50,984 nt of DNA, taken from positions 1 through 50,984 of the forward strand of contig JAVJWO010000009.1 in NCBI GenBank assembly GCA_040222015.1, given 5' to 3'. Source of the stretch: Coleofasciculus chthonoplastes F2-STO-03. Lineage in GTDB: Bacteria; Cyanobacteriota; Cyanobacteriia; Cyanobacteriales; Coleofasciculaceae. A program made the position numbers and the translations under genes. This document shows positions 8,910-18,894 of the stretch, in pieces. Below the pieces are notes generated by a model. It was given only the letters and a program-made list of their open reading frames with translations, made no database searches and was not told where the DNA came from. How positions within the stretch are numbered: the first letter of the stretch is position 1; every line of letters begins with the position of its first letter.

Positions 8910-11900
8910 TTAGCTTATTGTCCTATCATCCATCAAGTTCGGATCACTCCCCGCTTCAATCGCCCCTTCTGCTTGCAGAGCGATCGCTCTTAATTTCTCC
9001 AGTATCTCAGGTTTAGCCGATTGCCACAGCGATCGCTGATGCGCCTCCAGTAAGCGTTCTGCCATATCTCGCATCGCCCAGGGATTCTTTTGCTGGATAA
9101 ACTCTTGCACCTGTTCATCCAACAAATAAGCCTCCGTCACCCCTTGATACATATAATCTGCCACACAATTGGCTGTCGCATCATAGGCAAACAAATAATC
9201 CACCGTCGCCGCCATTTCAAACGCCCCTTTATAGCCGTGGCGCATTACCCCTTCAATCCATTTGGGATTCACCACACGAGAACGATAAACGCGGGCAATT
9301 TCCTCCTGTAGCCGCCGCACCTTGGGGTTTTCGGGAATTGAATTATCGCCAAAATAGGTTTGCGGATTCTTACCCGTCAGCGCCCGCACCGATGCAGTTA
9401 ATCCCCCTTGAAACTGATAATAATCATCAGAATCGAGTAAATCATGTTCTCGATTATCCTGATTATGTAAAACGACTTGCAATTGTTTGAGCCGTTGTGC
9501 AAAGGCTTCCGGCGCAGCAACCCCCTCCTGATTCTGGGAAAATGTACCACAGTACGCATAACTACTCCAATTCATATACGCCCGCGCCAAATCCTGTTCA
9601 TCCCGCCAATTTTGCGCCTCAATCAATCCCTGTAACCCCGCGCCATAGGCTCCCGGTTTCGAGCCAAATATCCGATAGTGCGATCGCGCCTCGGCTTCCT
9701 CTTCACTCAATCCCGCTTCACACCAGAACGCTGTCTCCTGTTTCACTTGCGTCGCCAAGGGATTGTCCTCCGGGGATTCATTCAAAGCGGCAACAGCGAC
9801 CACGGCATTGTAAAATAAATCAATTAAATTAGGGAAAGCATCGCGAAAAAAGCCCGAAATCCGCAGCGTCACATCCACACGCGGACGCCCTAACACCGAC
9901 AGGGGCAGAATTTCAAAATCCACCACCCGACGTGACGGGCGATCCCAAATTGGTTGCACCCCCAACAACGCCAGCGCTTGCGCCAGATCATCGCCCCCAG
10001 TTCTCATTGCTGACGTTCCCCATACGGATAATGCCAGTGTTTTGGGATACTCCCCATTATCCTGGGTATAGCGTTCAATCACCGCTTCCGCCGCCTTGCG
10101 TCCCACATCCCACGCCGTTTCTGTGGGAATCGCACGGATATCAACGGAGTAAAAATTGCGCCCTGTGGGTAATACCTCCGGGCGTCCCCTCGTCGGCGCA
10201 CCCGCCGCCCCACTCTCGACATAGCGCCCCTCTAATCCCTGCAACAGATGGGTGATTTCTTGGCAGGTTTGGGTTAAGGCGGGTAAAAGGCGATCGCGAA
10301 TCCAGTCTAATTCCTGTTGCGTTCGTTGTCCGATTCGGGAATTAAGTGTAGAGACGTGCCATGGCGCGTCTGTAGGGGCGGGTTTAGGAACATTCTTGTC
10401 GCTATTGGTTGTAACATTTGTGCAAAACCCGCCCTGACTAAGTGTTGACCCTTCGCCGCCTTCATTGCCATGGTTTTGATCCTTTCCTTCTACCTTTGAT
10501 ATCAGGGATTCCACCAATTCCGCAGCTTGGGCTTCCAATTGCGCGATCGCTTGTCTCTTCTTGTCGCCTTCTAGAGTCAGTGGATCAAAGTCCCATCCCC
10601 AATCTTGCGCGATCGCACGAGTTAACCCCAAACGCCCCTTCCCCGGATGACGGGCAATTGCCACAGTTAAGTCTCGCAATAGTCGCCCCTGAGGACACTG
10701 TCCTAATATATGTAACCCATCCCGAATTTGAGCTTCTTTTAATTCACACAGGTAGCTATCGACTTGAGTTAAAAGATTCGCTTTTCCTGCTTCCCCTAGA
10801 AGGGCGGGTTTAGTCAAGCTATTCGACATCGACAGAACGTTATCGGTAAAACCCGCCCCTACAGCCTCTGCTTCTAGACGTTCCACCCCATCCTCAAATC
10901 CCAAATCGTGGTGCAGGTTTTCTTGGATAACCAGTTGAGTAATGCGATCGCGGATAATCGGTAGGCGAGAGGGATCTAAGCTTTGCGCTTCGTAATATTC
11001 ATCCACTAACCCTTCAAGCTGTTGCAAAGCATCATAGAGTTCAGCGCGAGTCATCGGTGGCGTCAGGTGGTCAATAATCACAGCCTGCGATCGCCGTTTC
11101 GCTTGAGACCCTTCCCCTGGATCATTGACAATGAAGGGGTATAAATGGGGCATTGTCCCTAAGGCGACTTCTGGATAACAGGTTTCAGAGAGTGCCAAAC
11201 TTTTCCCCGGTAACCATTCCAAATTTCCATGTTTTCCCAGATGTACTACCGCATGCGCCCCGAATTTCTGTCGCAGCCAATAATAAAAGGCTAAATAAGC
11301 TGGTGTTGGTTCTAAATCCGGCGCGTGATAATTTAATCCTGGGTCAATATCATAACCCCGCGACGGTTGAATCCCGACAAAAATATTACCCAGTTGGATT
11401 CCCGGAATGGGAATTGTTGATTGCTGATTGTTGATTGTTGATCGTGTAGGGGCGGGTTTAGGAACTTCCTTGTCGCTATTGGTAATAATATTTGTGCCAA
11501 ACCCGCCCTGACTGAGTATTAACTCTTCGCTTTCTTTATCCCAACGGTTACAGATGCCTTGTTGTACCGTTAAAGGTAACGTATCAAAATAATCGTGATA
11601 CTCTTGCCCAGATAACCCCTGTTGTACAGGACGTAATTCCCATCCTTCGGGGTCATTGGTTACCCCCGTGATTAAGCGCTGGATCAGTTCATCTCCGGTT
11701 TCGGGACTATCCTCTACCTGATACCCCGCCCCTTGCAACGCCTTGAGCATTTCCACACAGCTTGCCGGCGTATCAAGCCCCACACCATTAGCGAGGCGTC
11801 CATCTCGGTTAGGATAATTAGCTAAGATCAGGGCAATACGCCGTTCTGCTGGCGGAGTTTGGCGCAATTTTACCCAATTCGCGGCTAACTGAGTGACAAA

Positions 11901-12977
11901 ATTAATGCGATCGCGCACCGATTCATAAACCACGACATCCGTTTCCAGCAGCGGATTCCAGGTTTGTACTGCCTTGAATGAAACCGCACGAGTAATAATG
12001 CGTCCATCCACTTCTGGCAAGGCGACATTCATTGCTGTATCTCTTGGAGTTAATCCCTGAAATTGTTCCTGCCATTGTTCCTTTGTCCCGCCACTAAAAA
12101 TGACTTGCAGTACAGGTACATCCAAACGTTTCCATAACTCCAACCCAGGTTGTTCATTATCTATTAATTTAGCAACAGAGAAACTTGTTGTATTCAGTAA
12201 CACCTCAATTTTCGCATCATCTTTGGGTTGGAAATAGGATAATACTTCCGCCTGTACCTCCGGATCACGTAACGACGAGACAAATACTGGCACAGGATGC
12301 AACTGTTGTGCAACTAACGCTTGACAAAGTGCATCAATTGGTGATGTATTTCCTGCCAAATAATGAGCGCGATAAAACAGAATCCCCACTTTAGAGTTCG
12401 TAGTAAGCGCTTTAGCGCTTCCGTCTCCCCACCCATAAATCCCCACACGCGGTACAGGTTTAGGAGGTAGAGGCTCATAAGTTCTTCCCAAACACAAATC
12501 AGCAACAAATTTCAGAGCGTTGGTGCAATTCTCCACACCCCCTTCAATAAAATAACGCCATAGCTGATGAACGGCAGTTAGAGGAATAGTAGAATGACTA
12601 ACTAAATTGGGATCTGGACGATCATCTCCTGGCAATAGGATTAAGTTTGCCCCTGTTTGTTCTACAGTTGTCTGCACTACTTCCAATCCATAAGACCAGT
12701 AGGCAGATCCACCCAAAAGCCGGATAATAATAACGTCTGCCTGTTCTAAAACCTGTTCGGTGTAGGTGTCAATCGTTAATTCCTGCTGCAATTGTAGAAG
12801 ATTAACGGCTCGAATTGCGGGGAAATCTTGGGGTAAATGAGCCATTGACGCCGCCAAGGTTTGAATATCGGTGTCGGCGGCTGTAATCAAAACGATTGGC
12901 GCAGGTGTCTGTTCAATAAAAATAACCCCTTCAGCTTGTGGATTCCATCCTCCCGGTGTCGCAGCAATCCGATGCAT
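8910..12977 (-). CDS. cobN: Cobaltochelatase subunit CobN, with in-frame repeat-derived insertions
   Basis: MHRIAATPGG start, GKHGNLEWLPGK, LPTGRNFY, RPRVDVTLRISGFFRDAFP, HDLLDSDDYYQFQGG. Confidence 0.97.
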   Translation of the reverse strand: MHRIAATPGGWNPQAEGVIFIEQTPAPIVLITAADTDIQTLAASMAHLPQDFPAIRAVNLLQLQQELTIDTYTEQVLEQADVIIIRLLGGSAYWSYGLEVVQTTVEQTGANLILLPGDDRPDPNLVSHSTIPLTAVHQLWRYFIEGGVENCTNALKFVADLCLGRTYEPLPPKPVPRVGIYGWGDGSAKALTTNSKVGILFYRAHYLAGNTSPIDALCQALVAQQLHPVPVFVSSLRDPEVQAEVLSYFQPKDDAKIEVLLNTTSFSVAKLIDNEQPGLELWKRLDVPVLQVIFSGGTKEQWQEQFQGLTPRDTAMNVALPEVDGRIITRAVSFKAVQTWNPLLETDVVVYESVRDRINFVTQLAANWVKLRQTPPAERRIALILANYPNRDGRLANGVGLDTPASCVEMLKALQGAGYQVEDSPETGDELIQRLITGVTNDPEGWELRPVQQGLSGQEYHDYFDTLPLTVQQGICNRWDKESEELILSQGGFGTNIITNSDKEVPKPAPTRSTINNQQSTIPIPGIQLGNIFVGIQPSRGYDIDPGLNYHAPDLEPTPAYLAFYYWLRQKFGAHAVVHLGKHGNLEWLPGKSLALSETCYPEVALGTMPHLYPFIVNDPGEGSQAKRRSQAVIIDHLTPPMTRAELYDALQQLEGLVDEYYEAQSLDPSRLPIIRDRITQLVIQENLHHDLGFEDGVERLEAEAVGAGFTDNVLSMSNSLTKPALLGEAGKANLLTQVDSYLCELKEAQIRDGLHILGQCPQGRLLRDLTVAIARHPGKGRLGLTRAIAQDWGWDFDPLTLEGDKKRQAIAQLEAQAAELVESLISKVEGKDQNHGNEGGEGSTLSQGGFCTNVTTNSDKNVPKPAPTDAPWHVSTLNSRIGQRTQQELDWIRDRLLPALTQTCQEITHLLQGLEGRYVESGAAGAPTRGRPEVLPTGRNFYSVDIRAIPTETAWDVGRKAAEAVIERYTQDNGEYPKTLALSVWGTSAMRTGGDDLAQALALLGVQPIWDRPSRRVVDFEILPLSVLGRPRVDVTLRISGFFRDAFPNLIDLFYNAVVAVAALNESPEDNPLATQVKQETAFWCEAGLSEEEAEARSHYRIFGSKPGAYGAGLQGLIEAQNWRDEQDLARAYMNWSSYAYCGTFSQNQEGVAAPEAFAQRLKQLQVVLHNQDNREHDLLDSDDYYQFQGGLTASVRALTGKNPQTYFGDNSIPENPKVRRLQEEIARVYRSRVVNPKWIEGVMRHGYKGAFEMAATVDYLFAYDATANCVADYMYQGVTEAYLLDEQVQEFIQQKNPWAMRDMAERLLEAHQRSLWQSAKPEILEKLRAIALQAEGAIEAGSDPNLMDDRTIS
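10348..10440. repeat. Two abutting GTAG-REP elements in frame within cobN
   Basis: GTAGAGACGTGCCATGGCGCGTC (also at 50139) followed by GTAGGGGCGGGTTT...AAACCCGCCC. Confidence 0.85.
10802..10863. repeat. GTAG-REP element in frame within cobN, opposite orientation
   Basis: GGGCGGGTTT...AAACCCGCCCCTAC. Confidence 0.85.
11413..11512. repeat. Heptamer run (TTGTTGA)x4 plus GTAG-REP element in frame within cobN
   Basis: Seen directly; REP is a close relative of 10372-10434. Confidence 0.85.
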
Positions 12978-13037
12978 AGTCTTTTCAGAGATCCTGTGGT
13001 ATTTTATGCGTATTCATCTAGCGAGTGGGTGTATTTT

Positions 13038-13910
13038 ATGGCATTACCTAACTTTTTGGTTATCGGTGCGGCGAAAGCTGGAACGACAACAGTTTATCAA
13101 TATCTCAAACAACATCCCCAAGTTTATATGAGTCCTCGGAAAGAGCCACATTTTTTCTCGAAAAATGGAACAAAGGACTATCCTATCCCTACTTTAGAGG
13201 ATTATCAAGCTTTATTTCAAGGAGCCTCTGATGAAATAGCCATGGGTGAAGCCTCGACGAGCTACCTGACTCATCCTAAAGCAGCTGAACATATCAAATG
13301 CCACATTCCCAACGCTAAGCTAATTGCTATCTTACGTGATCCAGCTTATAGAACTTATTCCTTGTACATTATGCTACTAATGCTTGGTGGGAGAAAGTTG
13401 TCTAGTTATACCCATCAGGAAATACTTGATGATTTTCAGAGCCTTGTTGAAAAAAGATCGGGTTTAATCAGAGGAGGATTTTACTATAGCCATTTACAGC
13501 GATACTATAACCTATTTCCTGCTAACCAGATAAAGTTGGGTTTGTTCCAAAATTTAAAAGATAAACCAGACTTATTAATGGAAGACATATTTAATTTTCT
13601 AGAAATTGATTCAAGTTTTACCATTAATAAATCGTTTGGCTCTGCGAATAAAGGAGGTATACCTAGAAATAAAAAAATAGATACGTTCATAAAGAAAGTC
13701 AAGCCAATTTACCATAGCTTATCCCCAATTATTTCTCAACGATGGTCGAATAAGATATACAAAATATATGTAGATCTACGAAACAAAAACTTAGAGCAAC
13801 CGCCGAAGCTGCCACAGGAAATACGTCAGCAGCTAATTGAGGTGTACCGAGAAGACATCTTGAAGCTACAAGATTTACTCCAAAGGGATCTTTCCATCTG
13901 GCTCCAGTAG
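13038..13910 (+). CDS. PAPS-dependent sulfotransferase
   Basis: LPNFLVIGAAKAGTTT (5'-PSB), KEPHFF, GEASTSY, ILRDP (3'-PB). ATG 13038 chosen because it does not overlap cobN. Confidence 0.92.
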   Translation: MALPNFLVIGAAKAGTTTVYQYLKQHPQVYMSPRKEPHFFSKNGTKDYPIPTLEDYQALFQGASDEIAMGEASTSYLTHPKAAEHIKCHIPNAKLIAILRDPAYRTYSLYIMLLMLGGRKLSSYTHQEILDDFQSLVEKRSGLIRGGFYYSHLQRYYNLFPANQIKLGLFQNLKDKPDLLMEDIFNFLEIDSSFTINKSFGSANKGGIPRNKKIDTFIKKVKPIYHSLSPIISQRWSNKIYKIYVDLRNKNLEQPPKLPQEIRQQLIEVYREDILKLQDLLQRDLSIWLQ

Positions 13911-14125
13911 GTAAGTGATAGCCGACAGAGGTAAACATGATACCTACCGACAAAAGCGGATGCCCTTTACAAGAGGATACCATGATCGATAGAGTATAAA
14001 ATACTAGAAATCTTAAGAAAGATGTTATAAATAAATCGCTAAATCTTGGATAGCATCGAATAGAGGCTCTGCTTACACCGAATCAGAGGTGAAGCATTGT
14101 CACTTGCGAAAAAAAGACCAAACTC

Positions 14126-16495
14126 ATGGCGATATTGGGAAATCCAAGGTTTAGCCGAACGCTGCCATTGGCAATGTTCGAGCGGCTGCAAGAGTTATTG
14201 CAGCAGATGCAGGAAAAAATTGGTAGGGATGCTGTACTCTTGCGATCGCAGGACTTCCCCAGTGTATCTGTGGGTCTAGAGCAACAGGTGCAACGATTTA
14301 CGCTGCTGGTATCTCCGGTGTTCCGCGCCTTGCTAATCGCGACTCCGATTGAGTTACAAGGAGAAGCGGAGGCAAATTCCCATTCCAGCCTGTATCAGGT
14401 TGGGTTAACCTTTGAATCAGACGCGATCGCAGGTTTTCTCGACGGGCTCACTCAACAGTTCACCCGCCAACCCCAGATTCTGCATGTCTTCAAGCTTGTC
14501 CAAACCTATCCAGAACCGAACCAAGGAACAATCCAGAGTGAATTTACCCTGTTGTTGATGGACATACTCACCGCTAATCCCATCAGCAACGAACCCATCC
14601 ATCCTTACTGTGAGGTTGGTCAACCCATTGAAGCAGCGCTACGCCAACAGGTTGAACAGGAACGGCTGGTTCACCAGGTTACCACTCACATCCGTCAAAG
14701 TTTAGAATTACCCGTTATCCTCTCCACGGCTGTCGATGAGGTGCGCCATTTTTTGAACGTTGATCGATTATTAATCTATCAATTTGACGGCGATTTGGTT
14801 AACCTTAGGAATGAAGGCGATAAAATTGGGGTTGACAATTCCACGGAAATTGCCGATGAATTCGAGAACGCCAAGTCTCTAACTTCACCACTTCCCTCAC
14901 AACAGGATGAGGGTTGTGTCACCTATGAAGCCCGCCGTTCTAATCAAATTCGTTCAGTTCTCAATTGGCGAGAGGAAAAAGACTGCGCTCTCTATGTTTC
15001 CAACTGTCGCAGCAAATATCACCAAGGATTTACTGGGGCGATTGATGATATTGAAGTCGCCTACAGCGATTCTCCCTGTTTACTCCAACTGCTGCGACAA
15101 ACCCAAGTCAAAGCTAAGTTAGTCGCACCGATTATCGTTCAAAATCGCCTCTGGGGATTACTGATTGCCCACCAATGTTTTGCCCCCCGACATTGGCAAG
15201 AAAGTGAAAAACTGTTTCTCAAGCAAATTGCCGAACACCTGGCAGTTGCCATTTACCAAGCTCAATTGTATGCCCAACTGCACCAGCAAAAAAGTAGCCT
15301 AGAACAGTGCGTGATTGAGCGCACCCAGGAACTTCGGGATGCACTGCAAGCCACACAAGCCGCGAACCATGCCAAAAGTGAATTTCTGGCGGCGATGAGT
15401 CATGAGTTGCGGACGCCCCTGACTTGTGTGATTGGACTATCGGCAACATTATTGCGTTGGTCATTGGGGGAGGGAGGTAGCAAAACTGTATCCATTGAGA
15501 AACAACGGCGTTATTTACAAACCATCCAAGAGAATGGGGAACACTTACTGGCACTAATTAACGATATTCTTGATTTTTCCCAATTAGAGGCGGGAAAAGC
15601 CGTTTTAAATATCAACGAATTTTCCCTGCGATATCTTGCCCAGCAAACCTTACAATCTTTAAAAGAAAAAGCCAGCATTGGTCAAGTCGAATTAATCCTC
15701 GATTGGCAAGTCCCTACCCCCAAGGATCGCTTTCAGGCTGATCCACGCCGACTCCGGCAAATTCTGTTTAACTTATTGGGAAATGCGATAAAATTTACCC
15801 CGGCTGGTGGTCAGGTCACTTTAAGGGGTTGGCGAGAACAGAATCGAGCGGTGTTTCAAATCGAAGACACAGGAATTGGCATTCCCCAAGAACAGATTCC
15901 CCTAATGTTTCAAAAGTTTCAGCAGTTAGAGAAAACCTATCAGCGTACCTACGAAGGTACAGGTTTAGGGCTAGCCCTGACTCAACAATTGGTTGAACTC
16001 CATGGCGGTACGATTGACGTTGAATCCACTGTGGGAAAAGGGTCTATCTTTACCGTTTGCGTGCCCATCCAATCAGTTGTTCCCGGCGGAACCAAATCAC
16101 CCGCCCCATCGGAAAAGGGATCTTCGGAGCCAGGGAGTATCGTTTTAATCGAAAATAATGAAGCGAGTGCGACAGCCATCTGTGAAATTCTCACGGCGGC
16201 GGGTTATCATCTAGTTTGGCTGATCGAAAGTTCGACGGCTGTGAGGCAAATTGAACTGCTGCAACCCCATGCCGTGATTGTGGATTGGCAGTTATGGGCA
16301 ATGGACGGATATGAGATCAGCTATTATCTCCACCATAAGACGACAACAGCACACATTAAAGTGTTGGCTTTGCTCACATCCTCACTCTCAGCCGATGAAC
16401 AGCACGATCTCAACGCCCTCGTTGACGATTACTTACCCAAACCCATAGAACCTGCCCAACTTCTGCACAAAGTTGCCACATTGATGGCAATATGA
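14126..16495 (+). CDS. cikA: Circadian input kinase CikA-like (GAF, HisKA, HATPase, receiver-like)
   Basis: RQSLELPVIL...DRLLIYQF GAF, MSHELRTPLT, NLLGNAIKFT, GTGLGL, atypical C-terminal receiver. Confidence 0.85.
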   Translation: MAILGNPRFSRTLPLAMFERLQELLQQMQEKIGRDAVLLRSQDFPSVSVGLEQQVQRFTLLVSPVFRALLIATPIELQGEAEANSHSSLYQVGLTFESDAIAGFLDGLTQQFTRQPQILHVFKLVQTYPEPNQGTIQSEFTLLLMDILTANPISNEPIHPYCEVGQPIEAALRQQVEQERLVHQVTTHIRQSLELPVILSTAVDEVRHFLNVDRLLIYQFDGDLVNLRNEGDKIGVDNSTEIADEFENAKSLTSPLPSQQDEGCVTYEARRSNQIRSVLNWREEKDCALYVSNCRSKYHQGFTGAIDDIEVAYSDSPCLLQLLRQTQVKAKLVAPIIVQNRLWGLLIAHQCFAPRHWQESEKLFLKQIAEHLAVAIYQAQLYAQLHQQKSSLEQCVIERTQELRDALQATQAANHAKSEFLAAMSHELRTPLTCVIGLSATLLRWSLGEGGSKTVSIEKQRRYLQTIQENGEHLLALINDILDFSQLEAGKAVLNINEFSLRYLAQQTLQSLKEKASIGQVELILDWQVPTPKDRFQADPRRLRQILFNLLGNAIKFTPAGGQVTLRGWREQNRAVFQIEDTGIGIPQEQIPLMFQKFQQLEKTYQRTYEGTGLGLALTQQLVELHGGTIDVESTVGKGSIFTVCVPIQSVVPGGTKSPAPSEKGSSEPGSIVLIENNEASATAICEILTAAGYHLVWLIESSTAVRQIELLQPHAVIVDWQLWAMDGYEISYYLHHKTTTAHIKVLALLTSSLSADEQHDLNALVDDYLPKPIEPAQLLHKVATLMAI

Positions 16496-16572
16496 AGTGG
16501 TCTTATGTCCTTGGTCTTATGTCCTTGGTCATTTATACTTGGTTGTTGACTTAATCAATAAGGAGTGTAAGC

Positions 16573-16911
16573 ATGAGCGAATTTCTAGATTTCCTCAAAC
16601 ACAAGTATGCGTATGTCGCGATCGGAGAATTTAAGCCCGGTAAATTTGAAGAAGCCCAACAGCTTTATGAAGAAGCCATCTCGACCTACACTCACGGATT
16701 CCAAGGGGCATACATGCTGCGAGAACCGGGAACGGATAAAGGGATTGCCGTTATCTTTTGGGATCATATCGAAGATATGGAGGACAATCAAAATGAGGCT
16801 TACCAACAGATTTTGGAGAAGATGTCTCATTTATTTGTCAAGCCCCCCACGACAACTTTTTATGAAGTGTCTAGTCAAATACCCCCTTCTGTGGAAAAAG
16901 CAGAAGAATAA
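16573..16911 (+). CDS. ABM-like (dimeric alpha-beta barrel) small protein
   Basis: FKPGKFEEA...GFQGAY...AVIFW pattern; AAGGAG RBS. Confidence 0.75.
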   Translation: MSEFLDFLKHKYAYVAIGEFKPGKFEEAQQLYEEAISTYTHGFQGAYMLREPGTDKGIAVIFWDHIEDMEDNQNEAYQQILEKMSHLFVKPPTTTFYEVSSQIPPSVEKAEE

Positions 16912-16913
16912 TT

Positions 16914-17252
16914 ATGCTGCAACGAATCATTCTCAACGGCTTCAAGTCCATTAAAACGATGGATCTGGAGTTGCGCCCCTTAAATGTCTTGATTGGAGCC
17001 AACGGAGCCGGTAAGAGTAACCTCGTTTCGTTTTTTAAGCTGCTGAATGAGATCATGGCTGGACGACTTCAACAGTACATTGCTATGTCGGGACGCGCTC
17101 AATCTCTGTTGCACTTTGGACCCAAGATCACACCGCAACTAGAGGCGCAACTAGAGTTTGAGGTTGAGAATGGAATGGATACCTATACCCTGCGTTTATT
17201 CCATGCCGCAGGGGATACGCTTTTTTTTGCTGAAGAAACCTTGAGCTTGTAG
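16914..17252 (+). pseudogene. 5' fragment of an ABC/AAA_21 (AbiEii/OLD-like) ATPase
   Basis: GFKSI and NVLIGANGAGKSN Walker A; ends at 112 aa without signature motif or Walker B. Confidence 0.75.
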
Positions 17253-17310
17253 TAAATCGACAGGGTAAAGGCATTTTCACTCAATTACAAAAAGGCAGAA
17301 CTCTACAGAG

Positions 17311-17344
17311 GACAAATGACAAATGACCAATGACCAATGACAAA
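17311..17344. repeat. STRR heptamers (GACAAAT/GACCAAT)x5
   Basis: Seen directly; the same family overlaps the start codon at 18868-18903. Confidence 0.85.
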
Positions 17345-17345
17345 A

Positions 17346-18695
17346 TTATTCATTCATATTTCGATAAGTTGCTACCGCTGACGGTGAAATCCGGTTCAGA
17401 TAACGGAAAATCCAATATTTAATCACCGAATCGAGAATAACCGGAAACGTGGCAATAAACAAAAAGATAAAATCGTGATTTTCCGGAACCCCGAAATGTC
17501 GAGAAATTGCCGCCAGAATCACTTCCCAACCGTGGGGAGAGTGGAATCCGACAAACATATCGGTAAACAAAATAATGATAAAGGCTTTGGCGCTATCGCT
17601 GAGTCCGTAGACAATATCATCAATAAAGGATTTTAAGACCACAAAATCCGCTTTGCTAGTAACAATCACTCCAGCAAAAAAAGCGAGAGAAATTAAGTCG
17701 GAAAAAATATTATTAATCGCATCAGAACTGCGATATCGATAAGCTTCAGCTAGCTCTCCGGCTTTTGTCCTCAGCTGTTCTTCCATTTCTTCCGAGGATA
17801 ACTGAGGCGCCATTCCCAATAAGCTTTTAAAGTGCAGTTCCTCTTCAAACCGCTGGAGTTCTATGAAGGCTTCTTCCTTCATGTCGATGTTTAAGAAAAT
17901 GCCGGGTTCATTTTCTGGGCGAAATGAGTCAACAATAGGTCCAACGACGAAAGTTTTAGCAACCTGATGGGCTAAAATGGGAACAATGATCAGTGTTAAA
18001 ATAAACTTGATCGAAATTAAGGTTTTGTCTCGAGACGTGCGAAACTTTTTGACAACTTCTTCTTCGGCTTTGGGATCAAGTTCCCGCTGAAGTCGATTGA
18101 CGGTTCGCAGGATTGACCGAGGAACAACACCGGTTTTATCCAATACCGTTTCTAATGCTTCATTGGGGGGATTTACGTTAGCCTGCTTCAACTGGGATAG
18201 GGTTTTAGCATTGGCTGTCGTTCTGGCATTGCCGTTGGCTTGAGCCACTTGATTGGCAGATAGCGGGATCAACGAAACCGAGGATGGGTCAGGTTCTGAA
18301 TATCGTTTTAATATTTCATCAATAAAGTTGAGTTTTTCGATGATAATCGCTTGCTTTTCGGTTAATTCGATGGGATCATAGCGGGATAAATTGTCTCTAG
18401 AACCGAGCAAGCTATTCATGTTTTTTGGCTCAGAAATCTGGAAAACTGACCGACTGGTTCTAAATTCCCGTAAGCGAACTCGAATCGTATTTAAATATTT
18501 CTTTAAGTCAGCCTCGAAATAGGAAATAACACTATCACTATGTTGACTGGATCGACGGTCAATTTTTTCCCCATTAAAATGCTCATCTTCAATCGATTTA
18601 ATGGTTAACGCGGCTTTGTAAGCTTGATCTAAGGCTCTTTCGGGTGTATCCGAGAACCATTGGTTAGCCAGACGTAAAATAGAGGGTAGCTTCAT
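17346..18695 (-). CDS. pxcA: Proton extrusion protein PxcA (CemA/CotA family)
   Basis: TPERALDQAYKAAL, LSDSAKAFIIILFTDMFVGFHSPHGWE, KYWIFRYLNRISPS. Confidence 0.96.
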   Translation of the reverse strand: MKLPSILRLANQWFSDTPERALDQAYKAALTIKSIEDEHFNGEKIDRRSSQHSDSVISYFEADLKKYLNTIRVRLREFRTSRSVFQISEPKNMNSLLGSRDNLSRYDPIELTEKQAIIIEKLNFIDEILKRYSEPDPSSVSLIPLSANQVAQANGNARTTANAKTLSQLKQANVNPPNEALETVLDKTGVVPRSILRTVNRLQRELDPKAEEEVVKKFRTSRDKTLISIKFILTLIIVPILAHQVAKTFVVGPIVDSFRPENEPGIFLNIDMKEEAFIELQRFEEELHFKSLLGMAPQLSSEEMEEQLRTKAGELAEAYRYRSSDAINNIFSDLISLAFFAGVIVTSKADFVVLKSFIDDIVYGLSDSAKAFIIILFTDMFVGFHSPHGWEVILAAISRHFGVPENHDFIFLFIATFPVILDSVIKYWIFRYLNRISPSAVATYRNMNE

Positions 18696-18894
18696 CGAAA
18701 CGGCTAATATCTCAATAAAAAATAGTCCGGAGCACTCCTGGCTCTCAGTCGCCAGAATTAATATAGTCTACTTTACGTGGTATATTAACAGACTCAGCCC
18801 AAGTCAGTTTTGTCAATAACCCTCAAACCCTTACATAAACGTAGCTTGCTTCTCGCTTGCGCCAGTATGACGAATGACAAATGACAAATGACCA

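Noticed and set aside
10348..11512. Inteins or introns in cobN
   Set aside because: Insertions are under about 100 bp, lack splicing motifs and match intergenic REPs
12861..13037. N-terminal extension of the sulfotransferase ORF
   Set aside because: Overlaps cobN; family similarity starts at MALPNF (13038)
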